Virus record (IMG/VR): IMGVR_UViG_3300035070_001383
Location: 1 to 51,594 of that record
Source of the DNA: a virus
Taxonomy: Duplodnaviria; Caudoviricetes
Reading direction: 5' to 3' (one strand)
DNA length: 51,594 nucleotides
The notes below the pieces were generated by a model, which saw only the letters and a program-made list of their open reading frames with translations, made no database searches and was not told where the DNA came from. Positions 27,757 to 37,788 of this stretch are shown piece after piece (position 1 is the first letter of the stretch; the number at the start of each line of letters is the position of its first letter). A program made the translations under genes and the position numbers.

Positions 27757-30459
27757 ATGGCGATTAAAGTAACAAGAAACGATGCGGGAAACTGTATCAC
27801 ATTCGTAGGCTCTACAAACCCTGTATATTGGAACTCTTGTCTAGAGGGAGAAATAAACGAGTCTAACTCGAATAACATAAATGTAGTCAACAAGATTAGA
27901 ACTGTAGAAGAGGGAACTGTAATTTATGAGTTCTTCAATCTTCCTTACACAGACTTTCAGGACAGAGACGGTAATGATTTTGTATCACCGTCTGACTGTG
28001 CCCAATACATAACTGATAACGCAAACGTACTCAGCAACACGGGTACATTCGTGTTTAGTCAGACTGACGTTTTAGACGCTCAGAGAGACGCTACAGACAC
28101 TACGGTTTTGTTTAGCAATGGTGATATATACGCTGTAAACTCTTTACACGCTTCTAGCCAAGCTGACGGAACTATTAAGATATCTACCGTTCGCGGTAGC
28201 AAGGACATCTACACTCATTTAAGATACTACAATGTTAGTGTTTTAGACGGTGTTGTTTCAGGATTTAATACAATTGACGCTGCTGTAGACAGACTTAACG
28301 AAGTGTTGGGCGGAACTACTGTAGGCTCTAACACAGGTAACACTCAGACTACCGTTACCACGACAGACAGCACAGCCACCTTTACCGTGTATGGAGATAG
28401 AATTACTCAGACGGGCTCAGGCTCAACTTTAGGGTACACCTCTACAGCGCAGGCAGGAAACTTTGATACTAGCAATGGACTTTACTCTGACCAAACAATT
28501 AGTGAAAATGGAGAGTATTTTGAGTTCGAGCAAGACGGTGGAGATTGGACTAACTCTAGAGGTGTTTATATAGGTCTGTTTGACGAGACTACTTACGACG
28601 TGGCTGATTTGGACGCTGACGTTGCAGGTAACGAGGTTAAAGGTCTTTTGTACCTTAGACTATACCCTAGTGCATTTACGTTCGCTGACGCGACTAACGG
28701 AGCAGGTAAGATTAATGAGGCAGGATTTTCTAACAGCCCTCAGACTAAAACTAAATTCAGACTAGGCCGTGATAACGACGGTAGAGTGTACATAGCTCAC
28801 GAAACTTCAGCTAATGTGTTTGAGGTTATATGTCGTAGCGAGAATGTAGTATCAGCGGGAACTGAGTTGAGGTTCTTCGGTGTTATGCCTTTGGCCAACG
28901 AGCTGAACGGTGTTCGTAATATGACTGTAAACGAAGCTGTCTTAGGCGCTAGTGCTACTTGGTATTACGTTGAGTCTCCTGACACAGAGTTCTACTACCC
29001 GTTGTTCTCTAACGAGGCAGACGCTATAATGATTGACGAGCTTTACGGAACTGCCGCTTCAGGCGCAGGTGCAGCTCACACTCATACATTTGCTGATGAG
29101 CAGCCTTCTGTTCAGACTTGGTATATGCCTCAGACATATATGTTCCACGCTCAGAGTGCAGCTCCTAGCTCACCTGTTGGGATTGCTTGGAATGAAATAC
29201 AAACAGGAGACGACGCTAACTACATTCCTAGTCAGTTTAGTCAAAGCATAACCGTAGCGGAAGGCGATAACATCAACCTTCAGATTAAGCCTGCGGGAGA
29301 CGCTAACACTTACGCACTTTCTAACATTCCTACAGGACTAGCTTACAATTCTGTATCAGGGTATCTACAGGGTACTGCTCCTGAAGTTACAGGAGACAAC
29401 GTATCTAACCCTAGTGACGAATACGTTATTAGCGTAACAAAGGCTAACGCATACGGAAGTAGTGTAGGTTCTTTGACCCTCACGGTAACTAATGAAGACG
29501 CTCCTGTATCGACTAACACCACATCTTGGACTAAGGCGTTAGATTTTAGCGGTAGCGAATACGCTAAGCACGTTAATAATAGTATGTATTACCAACCTTT
29601 ACAAATGGCGGGACTTGCTAATACAGTTGTTGGACACTCAACACAAGGGTATACATCAAATAATAGTTCCTCAAGACCTTGGGCTACAGTAGTTGTATTT
29701 AAGTCAGATGGTTACAGCGGTAATCAAATGATATGGAATCAAGGCGAAGGTTCTACAAGTGGCGATGACAACATTTTCGTAAATGTAACTGCTAACGGGA
29801 CTGTGAACTTCGGTTGGGGACGTGAAGGTGTAGGATATAATCAATGTCAAATTCTTACAAACATATCCTCTTCTACTTGGTATGCAGTTTATATAGCTCA
29901 CAGTGGAGAAAGATTAGGTGGTGGGAATGCTACTGCATCTAACTTAGCTGATTGTTTTGATATTAGAACAATGAGTAGTGCAGATTCATTTGCTTCATTG
30001 AGTAATAACTTATCAGTTGCGGCTAATTGGGTGGTTACAGGTGTTAGAATGGATAGAACTTTTGCAGGAGACTTTACTGTTGGTGGTAGAGGAACAGGGT
30101 ATAGTTATAGAGGTAAGATTGCTAGTATGATAACTCACTGTTTAAAGGCAGGTGTGACTATGCCTGATGCTACTGAGATTAAATTAATGATTACAGACCC
30201 AATGAAATGGGAAACTGATTACTTAATAGGAAATTCATATAGAAGACCTTATTATGTAAATAGCTCTACTAATTATCAAAAACAGACAAGTTTAGGGTTT
30301 AAGGCTAACCAAATGTGGTTAATGGGTGACGGTACTCCTGACACATTCCCTAACATCAATAACGAGCAGAGACCAAATTGGTTAAATTATACATATTTAG
30401 TTATGACTAGTATGGCTAGTAATGATATTGAAACTGTAAACATAAGCGGATTAACTTAA
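27757..30459 (+). CDS. Large virion adhesin-like protein (900 aa): putative Ig domain plus C-terminal lectin-like domain, allele 1
   Basis: PTGLAYN..SG.L.GT..Y.I.VT..NAYGS Ig-like motif; C-terminal ALDFSG..FTVGG..GKIAS. Confidence 0.7.
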   Translation: MAIKVTRNDAGNCITFVGSTNPVYWNSCLEGEINESNSNNINVVNKIRTVEEGTVIYEFFNLPYTDFQDRDGNDFVSPSDCAQYITDNANVLSNTGTFVFSQTDVLDAQRDATDTTVLFSNGDIYAVNSLHASSQADGTIKISTVRGSKDIYTHLRYYNVSVLDGVVSGFNTIDAAVDRLNEVLGGTTVGSNTGNTQTTVTTTDSTATFTVYGDRITQTGSGSTLGYTSTAQAGNFDTSNGLYSDQTISENGEYFEFEQDGGDWTNSRGVYIGLFDETTYDVADLDADVAGNEVKGLLYLRLYPSAFTFADATNGAGKINEAGFSNSPQTKTKFRLGRDNDGRVYIAHETSANVFEVICRSENVVSAGTELRFFGVMPLANELNGVRNMTVNEAVLGASATWYYVESPDTEFYYPLFSNEADAIMIDELYGTAASGAGAAHTHTFADEQPSVQTWYMPQTYMFHAQSAAPSSPVGIAWNEIQTGDDANYIPSQFSQSITVAEGDNINLQIKPAGDANTYALSNIPTGLAYNSVSGYLQGTAPEVTGDNVSNPSDEYVISVTKANAYGSSVGSLTLTVTNEDAPVSTNTTSWTKALDFSGSEYAKHVNNSMYYQPLQMAGLANTVVGHSTQGYTSNNSSSRPWATVVVFKSDGYSGNQMIWNQGEGSTSGDDNIFVNVTANGTVNFGWGREGVGYNQCQILTNISSSTWYAVYIAHSGERLGGGNATASNLADCFDIRTMSSADSFASLSNNLSVAANWVVTGVRMDRTFAGDFTVGGRGTGYSYRGKIASMITHCLKAGVTMPDATEIKLMITDPMKWETDYLIGNSYRRPYYVNSSTNYQKQTSLGFKANQMWLMGDGTPDTFPNINNEQRPNWLNYTYLVMTSMASNDIETVNISGLT

Positions 30460-30504
30460 CAAAAAGTGAGGGGGCTATGCCCTCTCTCTTTAACTTTTTA
30501 TTTG

Positions 30505-30512
30505 TATCTTTG
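30505..30512 (+). promoter_or_regulatory. Bacteroidota-type -7 box TATCTTTG, 4 nt before ATG 30517
   Basis: Matches TAnnTTTG; the same TATCTTTGCA recurs at 31213. Confidence 0.55.
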
Positions 30513-30516
30513 CAAC

Positions 30517-30888
30517 ATGGCAACACAAGCGAACTTAGACATAGCACAACGATTAGACCTCACTTGCCGAAAGGGTGATTCTTTCCAACTTTTATTTAAT
30601 GTAAAAGATGCAGACGGGGCATTAGTTGACTTTACTTTGTTCACCGACTTTAAAATGGACGTTAGAGAAACCGACAATGACGAAGGTACTCCTATACTTC
30701 AGTTTTTGAACGCGGACTTTGTAGGCACTGCTGAAGGAACGTTAACAGCTTCTAAAACCTACACAGAAATGGCTGCTGTTCAATCGGGTACATTTGTTTA
30801 TGATTTACAGGTGACTGATGGAAATGCCGTACGTACAACTTGGTTCTACGGATTATTTACTATTATAGACGACGTAACCCTTTCATAA
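30517..30888 (+). CDS. Hypothetical structural protein (123 aa; start revised)
   Basis: LDLTCRKGDSF.L...YDLQ..G.F.I.DDVT beta-sandwich-type phage protein; unique to the spacer. Confidence 0.75.
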   Translation: MATQANLDIAQRLDLTCRKGDSFQLLFNVKDADGALVDFTLFTDFKMDVRETDNDEGTPILQFLNADFVGTAEGTLTASKTYTEMAAVQSGTFVYDLQVTDGNAVRTTWFYGLFTIIDDVTLS

Positions 30889-30890
30889 AA

Positions 30891-31205
30891 ATGTCAACCA
30901 ACAGAATATCAGTATCAACTCAGCTTCAAGCGAAAAATAGCGTAACCGTAGTAGAAAGAGGTTCTATTGCGGGCATTGCTGCTGCGTCCGATAAAACAAA
31001 AAACGTTTCCATAAACATAAATGCATGGACTGCTGTCGGTGACGAGCATGAAATATCGTTAGTTCACAACCTAGCTAAGAAGCCTTCAGTAACTGTTGTA
31101 GACTCATTTAACCAAGTATTGTTTCCCGAAGTTGTATACATAGACAACAACACAGTCAAATTGGTGGTTACTGCTCAGTTCTCGGGCACGGCTCACTTCA
31201 ACTAA
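30891..31205 (+). CDS. Paralog of the C-terminal domain of 20590..21018 (104 aa; start revised)
   Basis: HNLAKKPSVTVVDS..V.Y.D....L....F.G.A..N. Confidence 0.75.
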   Translation: MSTNRISVSTQLQAKNSVTVVERGSIAGIAAASDKTKNVSININAWTAVGDEHEISLVHNLAKKPSVTVVDSFNQVLFPEVVYIDNNTVKLVVTAQFSGTAHFN

Positions 31206-31212
31206 TTTTACT

Positions 31213-31220
31213 TATCTTTG
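31213..31220 (+). promoter_or_regulatory. Bacteroidota-type -7 box TATCTTTG
   Basis: Intergenic, upstream of fibre allele B. Confidence 0.55.
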
Positions 31221-31251
31221 CAGATGTAATTAATTATTAAAACATTTGCAA

Positions 31252-32757
31252 ATGAAATTTCTAAACAACTTAGACCTTCAGAGTAATGAGCTACAGAATG
31301 CTGTAATTCAAAACTATGCGGGTAACCCTGACGGTAACTTGTCAGGTACTGAGGGGCAAATTGTTTATTCTACTACGGTTGATGCTATTTTCATCAACAC
31401 AGATTCATCTACAGCATGGGACAGACTAGCAACGGGCTCGAGCGCCGTAGCTTCTGTAACAGCAGGAGACTCATCTATCGTAGTAGGAGGAACATCATCC
31501 GCCCCTACAATCGCACACGCTGACACATCGAGTGTTAGCGACATTACTGCGGCTTCTCGTACTTACGTAGACGGTATCACATTTGATACATACGGACACG
31601 TACAAAGTATCAGCACATCTGCGGAGACTGTAACCGACACGACCTACGCCCTAAGCCTAGAGGCATCAGGTGTAATACGTCTTTCTGATGGCTCTTCTAA
31701 CGATGATTTAACTATCGCGGGAGCAGGTGGAGCAAGCATTAGCCAATCGGGTAGTACTCTTACTATCACTTCAGCTAACGACAACGATTTTGTTGACGCT
31801 GCTACATTCAACTCTACTAACGGTGAGTTAACTCTTAGCGTATCTTCACAGTCTGACGTTGTAGTTGACCTAGATGGACGCTACTTAACTTCGTTTACTG
31901 AGTCTAACGATTACGGAACTATCGCCGTATCAGGACAGACTTCTGTTGCTGCTTCAAGCGCAGGAGACACAGTTACCTTCGTAGGAGCGGGTGGTATGAC
32001 TATCACTACAGGTACTGACGAGGTTACATTTACTTCTGCTAACGATAACGACATCGACTACATTAGCGGTGCTTCTTTTGCTAGCGGTACGTTGACATTA
32101 ACAGGTCAGGGTAACGCGGGTGCTTCTGTATCTTTAGACGGACGTTACTTACAGTCTTTCACTGAAACTGACCCTGTATTTACTGCTCACGTTGCTAACG
32201 GTATTACAGCAACCAAGATTTCAAATTGGGATACTGCTTTCGGTTGGGGCGACCACGGTGTTGAAGGATACCTAACTGCTGTACCTGCTGCGGGTATTGG
32301 TGCGGGTACTTACGGTGATGCTGCTGACGGTACTAAGATTGATACAATCACAGTTGATGCTCAAGGTCGTGTAACTGCTCTTGCTACAGGCCCTGTAGTT
32401 GACAACAACACACAGCGTACTGACGAAGAGATTGAAGACGTTGTAGGTGCAATGTTCAGCGGAAACATTGAAAGCGGTCTAAGCGTAGTCTACCAAGACT
32501 CTACTGCTGACATCGACGTTGTTACAACTCACCACACTTACACTCATAGTGAGGCTAGCTACGCGGGTGGTACACTTAAGATTGGCGGTCACAACTTAGA
32601 CTTATCAGCGGGTGCTGTAGTTCAGGTTTATGACGTATCTTCAAGTAACTACCAACAGGTTGCTACAGACGTTGTATTAGACACGACCAACGTTGAGATT
32701 AGTGTAGTTCTACCTGCGGGAGATTGGAAAATCATCGCACACGGAACAAGAGCTTAA
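31252..32757 (+). CDS. Tail fibre protein, allele B (different N-terminus, C-terminal part identical to 21037..22725)
   Basis: KFLNNLDLQSNELQN vs KFLIDIDLNGNEIQN; identical from NGELTLSV onward. Confidence 0.75.
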   Translation: MKFLNNLDLQSNELQNAVIQNYAGNPDGNLSGTEGQIVYSTTVDAIFINTDSSTAWDRLATGSSAVASVTAGDSSIVVGGTSSAPTIAHADTSSVSDITAASRTYVDGITFDTYGHVQSISTSAETVTDTTYALSLEASGVIRLSDGSSNDDLTIAGAGGASISQSGSTLTITSANDNDFVDAATFNSTNGELTLSVSSQSDVVVDLDGRYLTSFTESNDYGTIAVSGQTSVAASSAGDTVTFVGAGGMTITTGTDEVTFTSANDNDIDYISGASFASGTLTLTGQGNAGASVSLDGRYLQSFTETDPVFTAHVANGITATKISNWDTAFGWGDHGVEGYLTAVPAAGIGAGTYGDAADGTKIDTITVDAQGRVTALATGPVVDNNTQRTDEEIEDVVGAMFSGNIESGLSVVYQDSTADIDVVTTHHTYTHSEASYAGGTLKIGGHNLDLSAGAVVQVYDVSSSNYQQVATDVVLDTTNVEISVVLPAGDWKIIAHGTRA

Positions 32758-32816
32758 TAATAACTTTATAGCGGGGCGGTTAACGCCGCCCTTCTATTTT
32801 TTAACCACAACAGAAT

Positions 32817-33314
32817 ATGGCTAATAAGGTAATAACAGATTTAGAAGTAGACGGAACGGTAACTGCAACAAGCGGTAACTCGACTAATTGGAACACCGCT
32901 TACGGGTGGGGCGACCACGCGGGTCTTTACGATAACTACAGTTCTTTTAACCTTAAGACCAACGGCACACAGCGTACTACCGTTTCTAGCGGCGGTACAG
33001 TTGATATCACAGCAGGAAGTAATGTAAGTGTTAGTTATAGCGCGGGTGGTGTGGTTACTCTCGCGTCTACTAATACTACGTATTCCGCGGGCACAGGTTT
33101 AGATTTGACAGGGACAGTTTTCTCTGTTGAGTCTGACTTGCGCGATGTATCCTATATAGGAAAGGATAGCAATAACTACATTCAGTTCAATGTAGACGGC
33201 AATGGACACACAGATTTCTACACAGCGGGTGCGTGGGTAGCTAGGCTACAGAGCGACGGTGAGCTTCACGTTAAAGGCGACATCGTAGCATTCTCTGATA
33301 TCTTTAATCCTTAA
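32817..33314 (+). CDS. Short fibre protein, duplicate
   Basis: Identical to 22785..23282. Confidence 0.7.
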   Translation: MANKVITDLEVDGTVTATSGNSTNWNTAYGWGDHAGLYDNYSSFNLKTNGTQRTTVSSGGTVDITAGSNVSVSYSAGGVVTLASTNTTYSAGTGLDLTGTVFSVESDLRDVSYIGKDSNNYIQFNVDGNGHTDFYTAGAWVARLQSDGELHVKGDIVAFSDIFNP

Positions 33315-33318
33315 TAGT

Positions 33319-34284
33319 ATGGCCCTACAATCTAGCGGTCAGATTAAATTCTCTGAAATAAACACAGAGCTTTCTAGAACTTCAACAGACATAATCAGTC
33401 TATCAGATGCTTCTACGGGAGTCCTAGGTGCTATAAACACCAATAACGCTGTAGCTGACAGACCTGACCAATCTGCGCCTCACGCTATAAGCGAATGGTT
33501 TAGCTACAATCACAATGCAGCGGGTGCTTACACAAACACGCACTACTACTCTATGACCTACGACGCACTCAGAAGAAGTGCTACTAGTTCTCCGTTCAAC
33601 CTTAGCGGCTCTCAGGACTTGTCTGTATCTATGTGGGTAAAGCAATTAGCTACAACGGCCAACGAGATTATGTGGGACTTCTCGAATACTTCGAGCAACT
33701 CATCTAACAGATTCTTTCTGCAATACCACAAGTCTTTTAACCGATTGATAGTTAAGCACAGGACAAACAGTACGAATTACGACAGACAGTTTTCTTTACA
33801 CGATAACAACTCTATAACGGGAACAGGCACTAACTCAGGCGTAGCTTGGAGCAATACCAATAGAGGAAACACCAACTCAGATGGTTGGACATTACTCACT
33901 GTAACTTATGACGCTTCTCAGTCTAATGCTACAAACGGTATTAAGTTGTATTGGAACGCTACTGAGGTAACCACACAAGCTGTCGCTAACTCAGGAACAA
34001 GAAGTACTATAGCGGTTAACGACTTCACCATAGGTAACAACAACCACAACGCTACAACTACAGCGGGAGCTATGAACTGTAATGTCGACGAGCTAAAGAT
34101 ATTCGGAAGCGTTTTAAGCGCCTCTAACGTAACTTCTCTATACAATGGTGGTGTAGTAGCCAATGCAGCAAATTCGTTCAGCACAGGGCTTCTTACGGAG
34201 TACAGCTTCGATAGCAACACTCAGGACAGCGCAGGGTTATTCCCTACGTCTCAGGTAGACACGGGCGCAAGAACGGCTTACTAA
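33319..34284 (+). CDS. LamG-like protein, duplicate
   Basis: Identical to 23287..24252. Confidence 0.7.
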   Translation: MALQSSGQIKFSEINTELSRTSTDIISLSDASTGVLGAINTNNAVADRPDQSAPHAISEWFSYNHNAAGAYTNTHYYSMTYDALRRSATSSPFNLSGSQDLSVSMWVKQLATTANEIMWDFSNTSSNSSNRFFLQYHKSFNRLIVKHRTNSTNYDRQFSLHDNNSITGTGTNSGVAWSNTNRGNTNSDGWTLLTVTYDASQSNATNGIKLYWNATEVTTQAVANSGTRSTIAVNDFTIGNNNHNATTTAGAMNCNVDELKIFGSVLSASNVTSLYNGGVVANAANSFSTGLLTEYSFDSNTQDSAGLFPTSQVDTGARTAY

Positions 34285-34537
34285 TGAGTCGCGTATTGAG
34301 CGTGATTCGCTCAAAGCGTCAGAACGGTAGGATTGTCGTTATACCTCATTTATACTTTACCTATCTATTCATAGGTTTAGTTAGCGGTGGTGTTTACTCC
34401 ATACTAGGTAGGGACGCATTAGTCGCCCTATTTAGTTGGTATTATATCAACGGTATAGACACATATCTATTGATGCTGTCTATAGTTGAATACGCGCTTA
34501 GAGTGATATTGATAAACAAAAAGCACATACGATAATT

Positions 34538-34554
34538 TCGTAAATTATAAAAAG
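34538..34554 (+). promoter_or_regulatory. Late promoter motif (duplicate of 24506)
   Basis: Exact 17-mer. Confidence 0.7.
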
Positions 34555-34577
34555 GGCACTTACTTTAAATAACCACT

Positions 34578-34811
34578 ATGAAGTTAACCAAAAAAGAATT
34601 AGCTAGTCTCAAGGAGATTGTAGCTGAGATTAAGAAGATAGAGGGCGTTATCGCCAATCTAGAACTACAGAAATCAAACGCTGTTAATCACTATCGCGCT
34701 ATGCGTGAGTCAGTTGACGGTTATAAAGAAGTGTTACAAAAGAAATACGGAGACGTTCAAATCGACGTAGCTACAGGTACTATCAAAAAAGCGAATGAAG
34801 AGACTAAATAA
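34578..34811 (+). CDS. Small coiled-coil protein, duplicate
   Basis: Identical to 24546..24779. Confidence 0.7.
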   Translation: MKLTKKELASLKEIVAEIKKIEGVIANLELQKSNAVNHYRAMRESVDGYKEVLQKKYGDVQIDVATGTIKKANEETK

Positions 34812-35136
34812 TCAGGAAGTTAATATAATTTCTGTTATCAGGACTTATGATATGAGTAGTCAATTTTACGAAGTTGACCTTCTGTCTAGTTCTGATTTTT
34901 CTCGCGCCTATACCTTTTCTGTTGGTGTACATTTACCTAGCAATTGCAAAGACTTTGCTACGATAATTGTAGATTTAACATCTAATGTTATAGAGTCGGG
35001 AGAGTATGTATTTAGCCTTAGAGACGTTAGTTCAGGCGGGTCTGACACAGTTGTAGAGTTTTTAGCTCTAGTGGAAGATAACGACAGAACGAGTGTTGAT
35101 ACTGCTGATATCTATGGTGATTCAATAATCTTCTAA
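34795..35136 (+). CDS. Hypothetical protein, duplicate
   Basis: Identical to 24763..25104. Confidence 0.6.
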   Translation: MKRLNNQEVNIISVIRTYDMSSQFYEVDLLSSSDFSRAYTFSVGVHLPSNCKDFATIIVDLTSNVIESGEYVFSLRDVSSGGSDTVVEFLALVEDNDRTSVDTADIYGDSIIF

Positions 35137-35146
35137 AAAGAATTAA

Positions 35147-36397
35147 ATGGGTTTATTTGACAGAGTAATTGAGACGTTTGCATCGTACACCAACGTGCAG
35201 GCGACAAGCAGTAGCATAGCCTCTAATGAGTTGGAGAATGCTATTCGCGACCTTAACGGTAAGTATCGTTTAGGGCAAACAAACAAAGGCTCGTACATTA
35301 AGTTCGGTGTTCAGGATGACTTTCCTGTTATGCTAGACAAGATGCTACGTCAGTCTCCTGTTCACGCAGGTATCCTAACCAAGAAGGCCAAGATGGTCGT
35401 AGGCACAGACGTCTCTTACGACGACTCATTCCTACAGACTAAGAAGGCTAAGGCAGAACTTAAGGTGTTTGTACAGAACTGTGCGGGCGCTAACAAGGGT
35501 CTATACGACGTGTTAACTCACGCGTCTTTTCAATACGAGAAGTCAGGCGCTTACGCTATGTATATCAGATGGAACAAGGAACGTACTAAGATACTAGAAC
35601 TCAGCTCGCTAGACATTAAGGGTGTACGTGCGGCAGAACCTAACAACAAGGGTGAGGTAACTAATTACATAGTTCGCCGTATGTTCGGTCAGGGCGCAGA
35701 CTCTATGCAGCACAATGAGGCTCGCGTTATACCCGCGTTCAACAAGTGGGATAAGAAGCAGACTGAAGCTGTATTGTATGTTACTAACCCGTTCTCAGGT
35801 AACGAGTTCTACGGTGTGCCTAACTACATTTCTGCATTCCATTATATCTCGGCTGACTTTGCTTTCGGTAAGCATATTAAGAACAGCGCCGAGAACGGAT
35901 TTACGCCTAAGGTTATGGCCACGTTCGTTGGACGTAATATGAGTCCTGAGCAGAAGCAAAAGGAGTACGAGGCGTTCAAGAACTCATTCACGGGAACTGA
36001 CGGTGAGCAAGCTATGTTAGCTTGGGTTAAGAAGCCTGAAGACAAACCCACTATTGAGTCACTAGATATTTCAAACCTAGATAAGACTGTAGATGTTCTT
36101 TCTAGACTAAACGATGCTAAAATTCTAACTGCACACAATGTTACAAGCCCTACGCTATTTGGTGTTATGGTTAGCGGTAAACTTGGAGGTACGGGTAACG
36201 AGCTTATCACTGCTTACCAAATTTTCCGTGCTACTGAAACGCTACCTAACAGAGAGATTTTATTTAATGGTGTGCAGCGCCTCCTTGATACAGTCGGTTT
36301 GGGTGGAATGTCTCTCGATGTAGTAGAGGAGCCTATCAACCTAGAGAGTATTAAAGGTGCTAACACAACAGATGTAACCCCTAAAGAAGAGAAGTAA
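35147..36397 (+). CDS. Portal protein, copy 2
   Basis: Identical to 25115..26365. Confidence 0.75.
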   Translation: MGLFDRVIETFASYTNVQATSSSIASNELENAIRDLNGKYRLGQTNKGSYIKFGVQDDFPVMLDKMLRQSPVHAGILTKKAKMVVGTDVSYDDSFLQTKKAKAELKVFVQNCAGANKGLYDVLTHASFQYEKSGAYAMYIRWNKERTKILELSSLDIKGVRAAEPNNKGEVTNYIVRRMFGQGADSMQHNEARVIPAFNKWDKKQTEAVLYVTNPFSGNEFYGVPNYISAFHYISADFAFGKHIKNSAENGFTPKVMATFVGRNMSPEQKQKEYEAFKNSFTGTDGEQAMLAWVKKPEDKPTIESLDISNLDKTVDVLSRLNDAKILTAHNVTSPTLFGVMVSGKLGGTGNELITAYQIFRATETLPNREILFNGVQRLLDTVGLGGMSLDVVEEPINLESIKGANTTDVTPKEEK

Positions 36398-36924
36398 TGG
36401 TAGATATTTTATTCATAGACGACAATTACCTATACAAGAACTTCCCTCTTCCTAACAAGATGGACAGAGCTAACGTTTTGTCTATAGTTCAGATTGAACA
36501 GTTCACAACAATTCAGGACGTACTAGGCACTTGCCTGTACGAATACCTAGAGGCGGGTATGCTAGCTCAGAACCTTACAGCTACAGAGCAGGAGCTTATG
36601 AAGCTAGTTAAGTATTGTTTAGCTATGCACACCGCAAAGGCTGCTATCACGTTCACTAGGACGGCTGCTGCTTCTCACAGTAACACAGACGCACAGAGTC
36701 AGAGTCAATACACTCTAGATGCGTTGTCAGATTCAATCATATCTAAGGCAGGATACGTTCAGGACAGAATCATTAAGTTTGTAAAAGCTGACGCTGACCT
36801 TCTAGCGATTGCTCAGGCAGAAGGGTGTAACAATGACTTGTTTAACGATGAGGACTCTGTTGGTTTAGACGGCTCTGTATTCTACCCTAATGGTAGCACA
36901 AGTAACTCGGAAACGGATTGCTAG
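36397..36924 (+). CDS. Putative head-tail adaptor, copy 2
   Basis: Identical to 26365..26892. Confidence 0.55.
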   Translation: MVDILFIDDNYLYKNFPLPNKMDRANVLSIVQIEQFTTIQDVLGTCLYEYLEAGMLAQNLTATEQELMKLVKYCLAMHTAKAAITFTRTAAASHSNTDAQSQSQYTLDALSDSIISKAGYVQDRIIKFVKADADLLAIAQAEGCNNDLFNDEDSVGLDGSVFYPNGSTSNSETDC

Positions 36925-36959
36925 TAAACAAGTTATAACAACCCTAACACAAACACAAT

Positions 36960-37784
36960 ATGCCTACACAGAACAGTGATAAGATAAATATATCTCACTC
37001 TGTTGCTCGCAAGTCAGGTATCTACGGTCTAGAATGGGACGTAGCTAACGAGGCATTGCAAGTAAAGAGAACTGAGACTAACGGAACGGTAACAGAATAT
37101 GCTGTACAATCAGCGCCTTCACGCGACGGTGAGTCGGGCTATTCGCACACAGGTGCATTCGCTGACAAGCCTCTTACAAACGATTACGTTTGGGAAGCGG
37201 GTGGTGGTATAAACTACACTCAGGCTGACGTAGATGCGTCTTCTTACAAAGTTCTTAGTCTTAGTGAGGCTGTTCACTTAGCTGTTGATAACCCATATTG
37301 GTCAACACCAACTCCTTCGGGAACAACGGGTATAGGATTGTTTCAGGGAGCTAACCTTCCTGAAGGTGTAAGTTCTTTGTTTGACTACACGTTTGACTAC
37401 GACACTGCATACCCAACCTCTAGCGGAACGGGTTACGAGGGTTCTACAGGGCGCATAAAGCTCAATGACCTTAACTACGGCGACCAACTACGTGTGCGCT
37501 TCGACTTCAATGTAATACCTCAGATTGCTAATACGACTATAGAGCCTGCGCTTTGGTATTCTAACCGTAACGACAGCGATGACATTACATACACGTTCCC
37601 TCTGACGACTTCTCCTGTATTCTATGGTCTAGGTACAGTTGGTAACACATACCTCAACAGGGTAGAGATATCGGCTTGGATTACATCTAACGAAGATGTT
37701 AACGCTCTAGCGCTGCCTGCTATCAAAGCAGACAACCCCGTGATTATTCAGCCTTTGGGTTTATTAGTAACTATTTTAAGATAA
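36960..37784 (+). CDS. Hypothetical structural protein, copy 2
   Basis: Identical to 26928..27752. Confidence 0.65.
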   Translation: MPTQNSDKINISHSVARKSGIYGLEWDVANEALQVKRTETNGTVTEYAVQSAPSRDGESGYSHTGAFADKPLTNDYVWEAGGGINYTQADVDASSYKVLSLSEAVHLAVDNPYWSTPTPSGTTGIGLFQGANLPEGVSSLFDYTFDYDTAYPTSSGTGYEGSTGRIKLNDLNYGDQLRVRFDFNVIPQIANTTIEPALWYSNRNDSDDITYTFPLTTSPVFYGLGTVGNTYLNRVEISAWITSNEDVNALALPAIKADNPVIIQPLGLLVTILR

Positions 37785-37788
37785 CAGT

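Larger units (their letters stand above)
21785..29506 (+). repeat. 7,722-bp direct repeat, copy 1
   Basis: Same sequence as 31817-39538 (offset 10,032) wherever compared; encoded proteins are identical in the ORF track. Confidence 0.95.
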
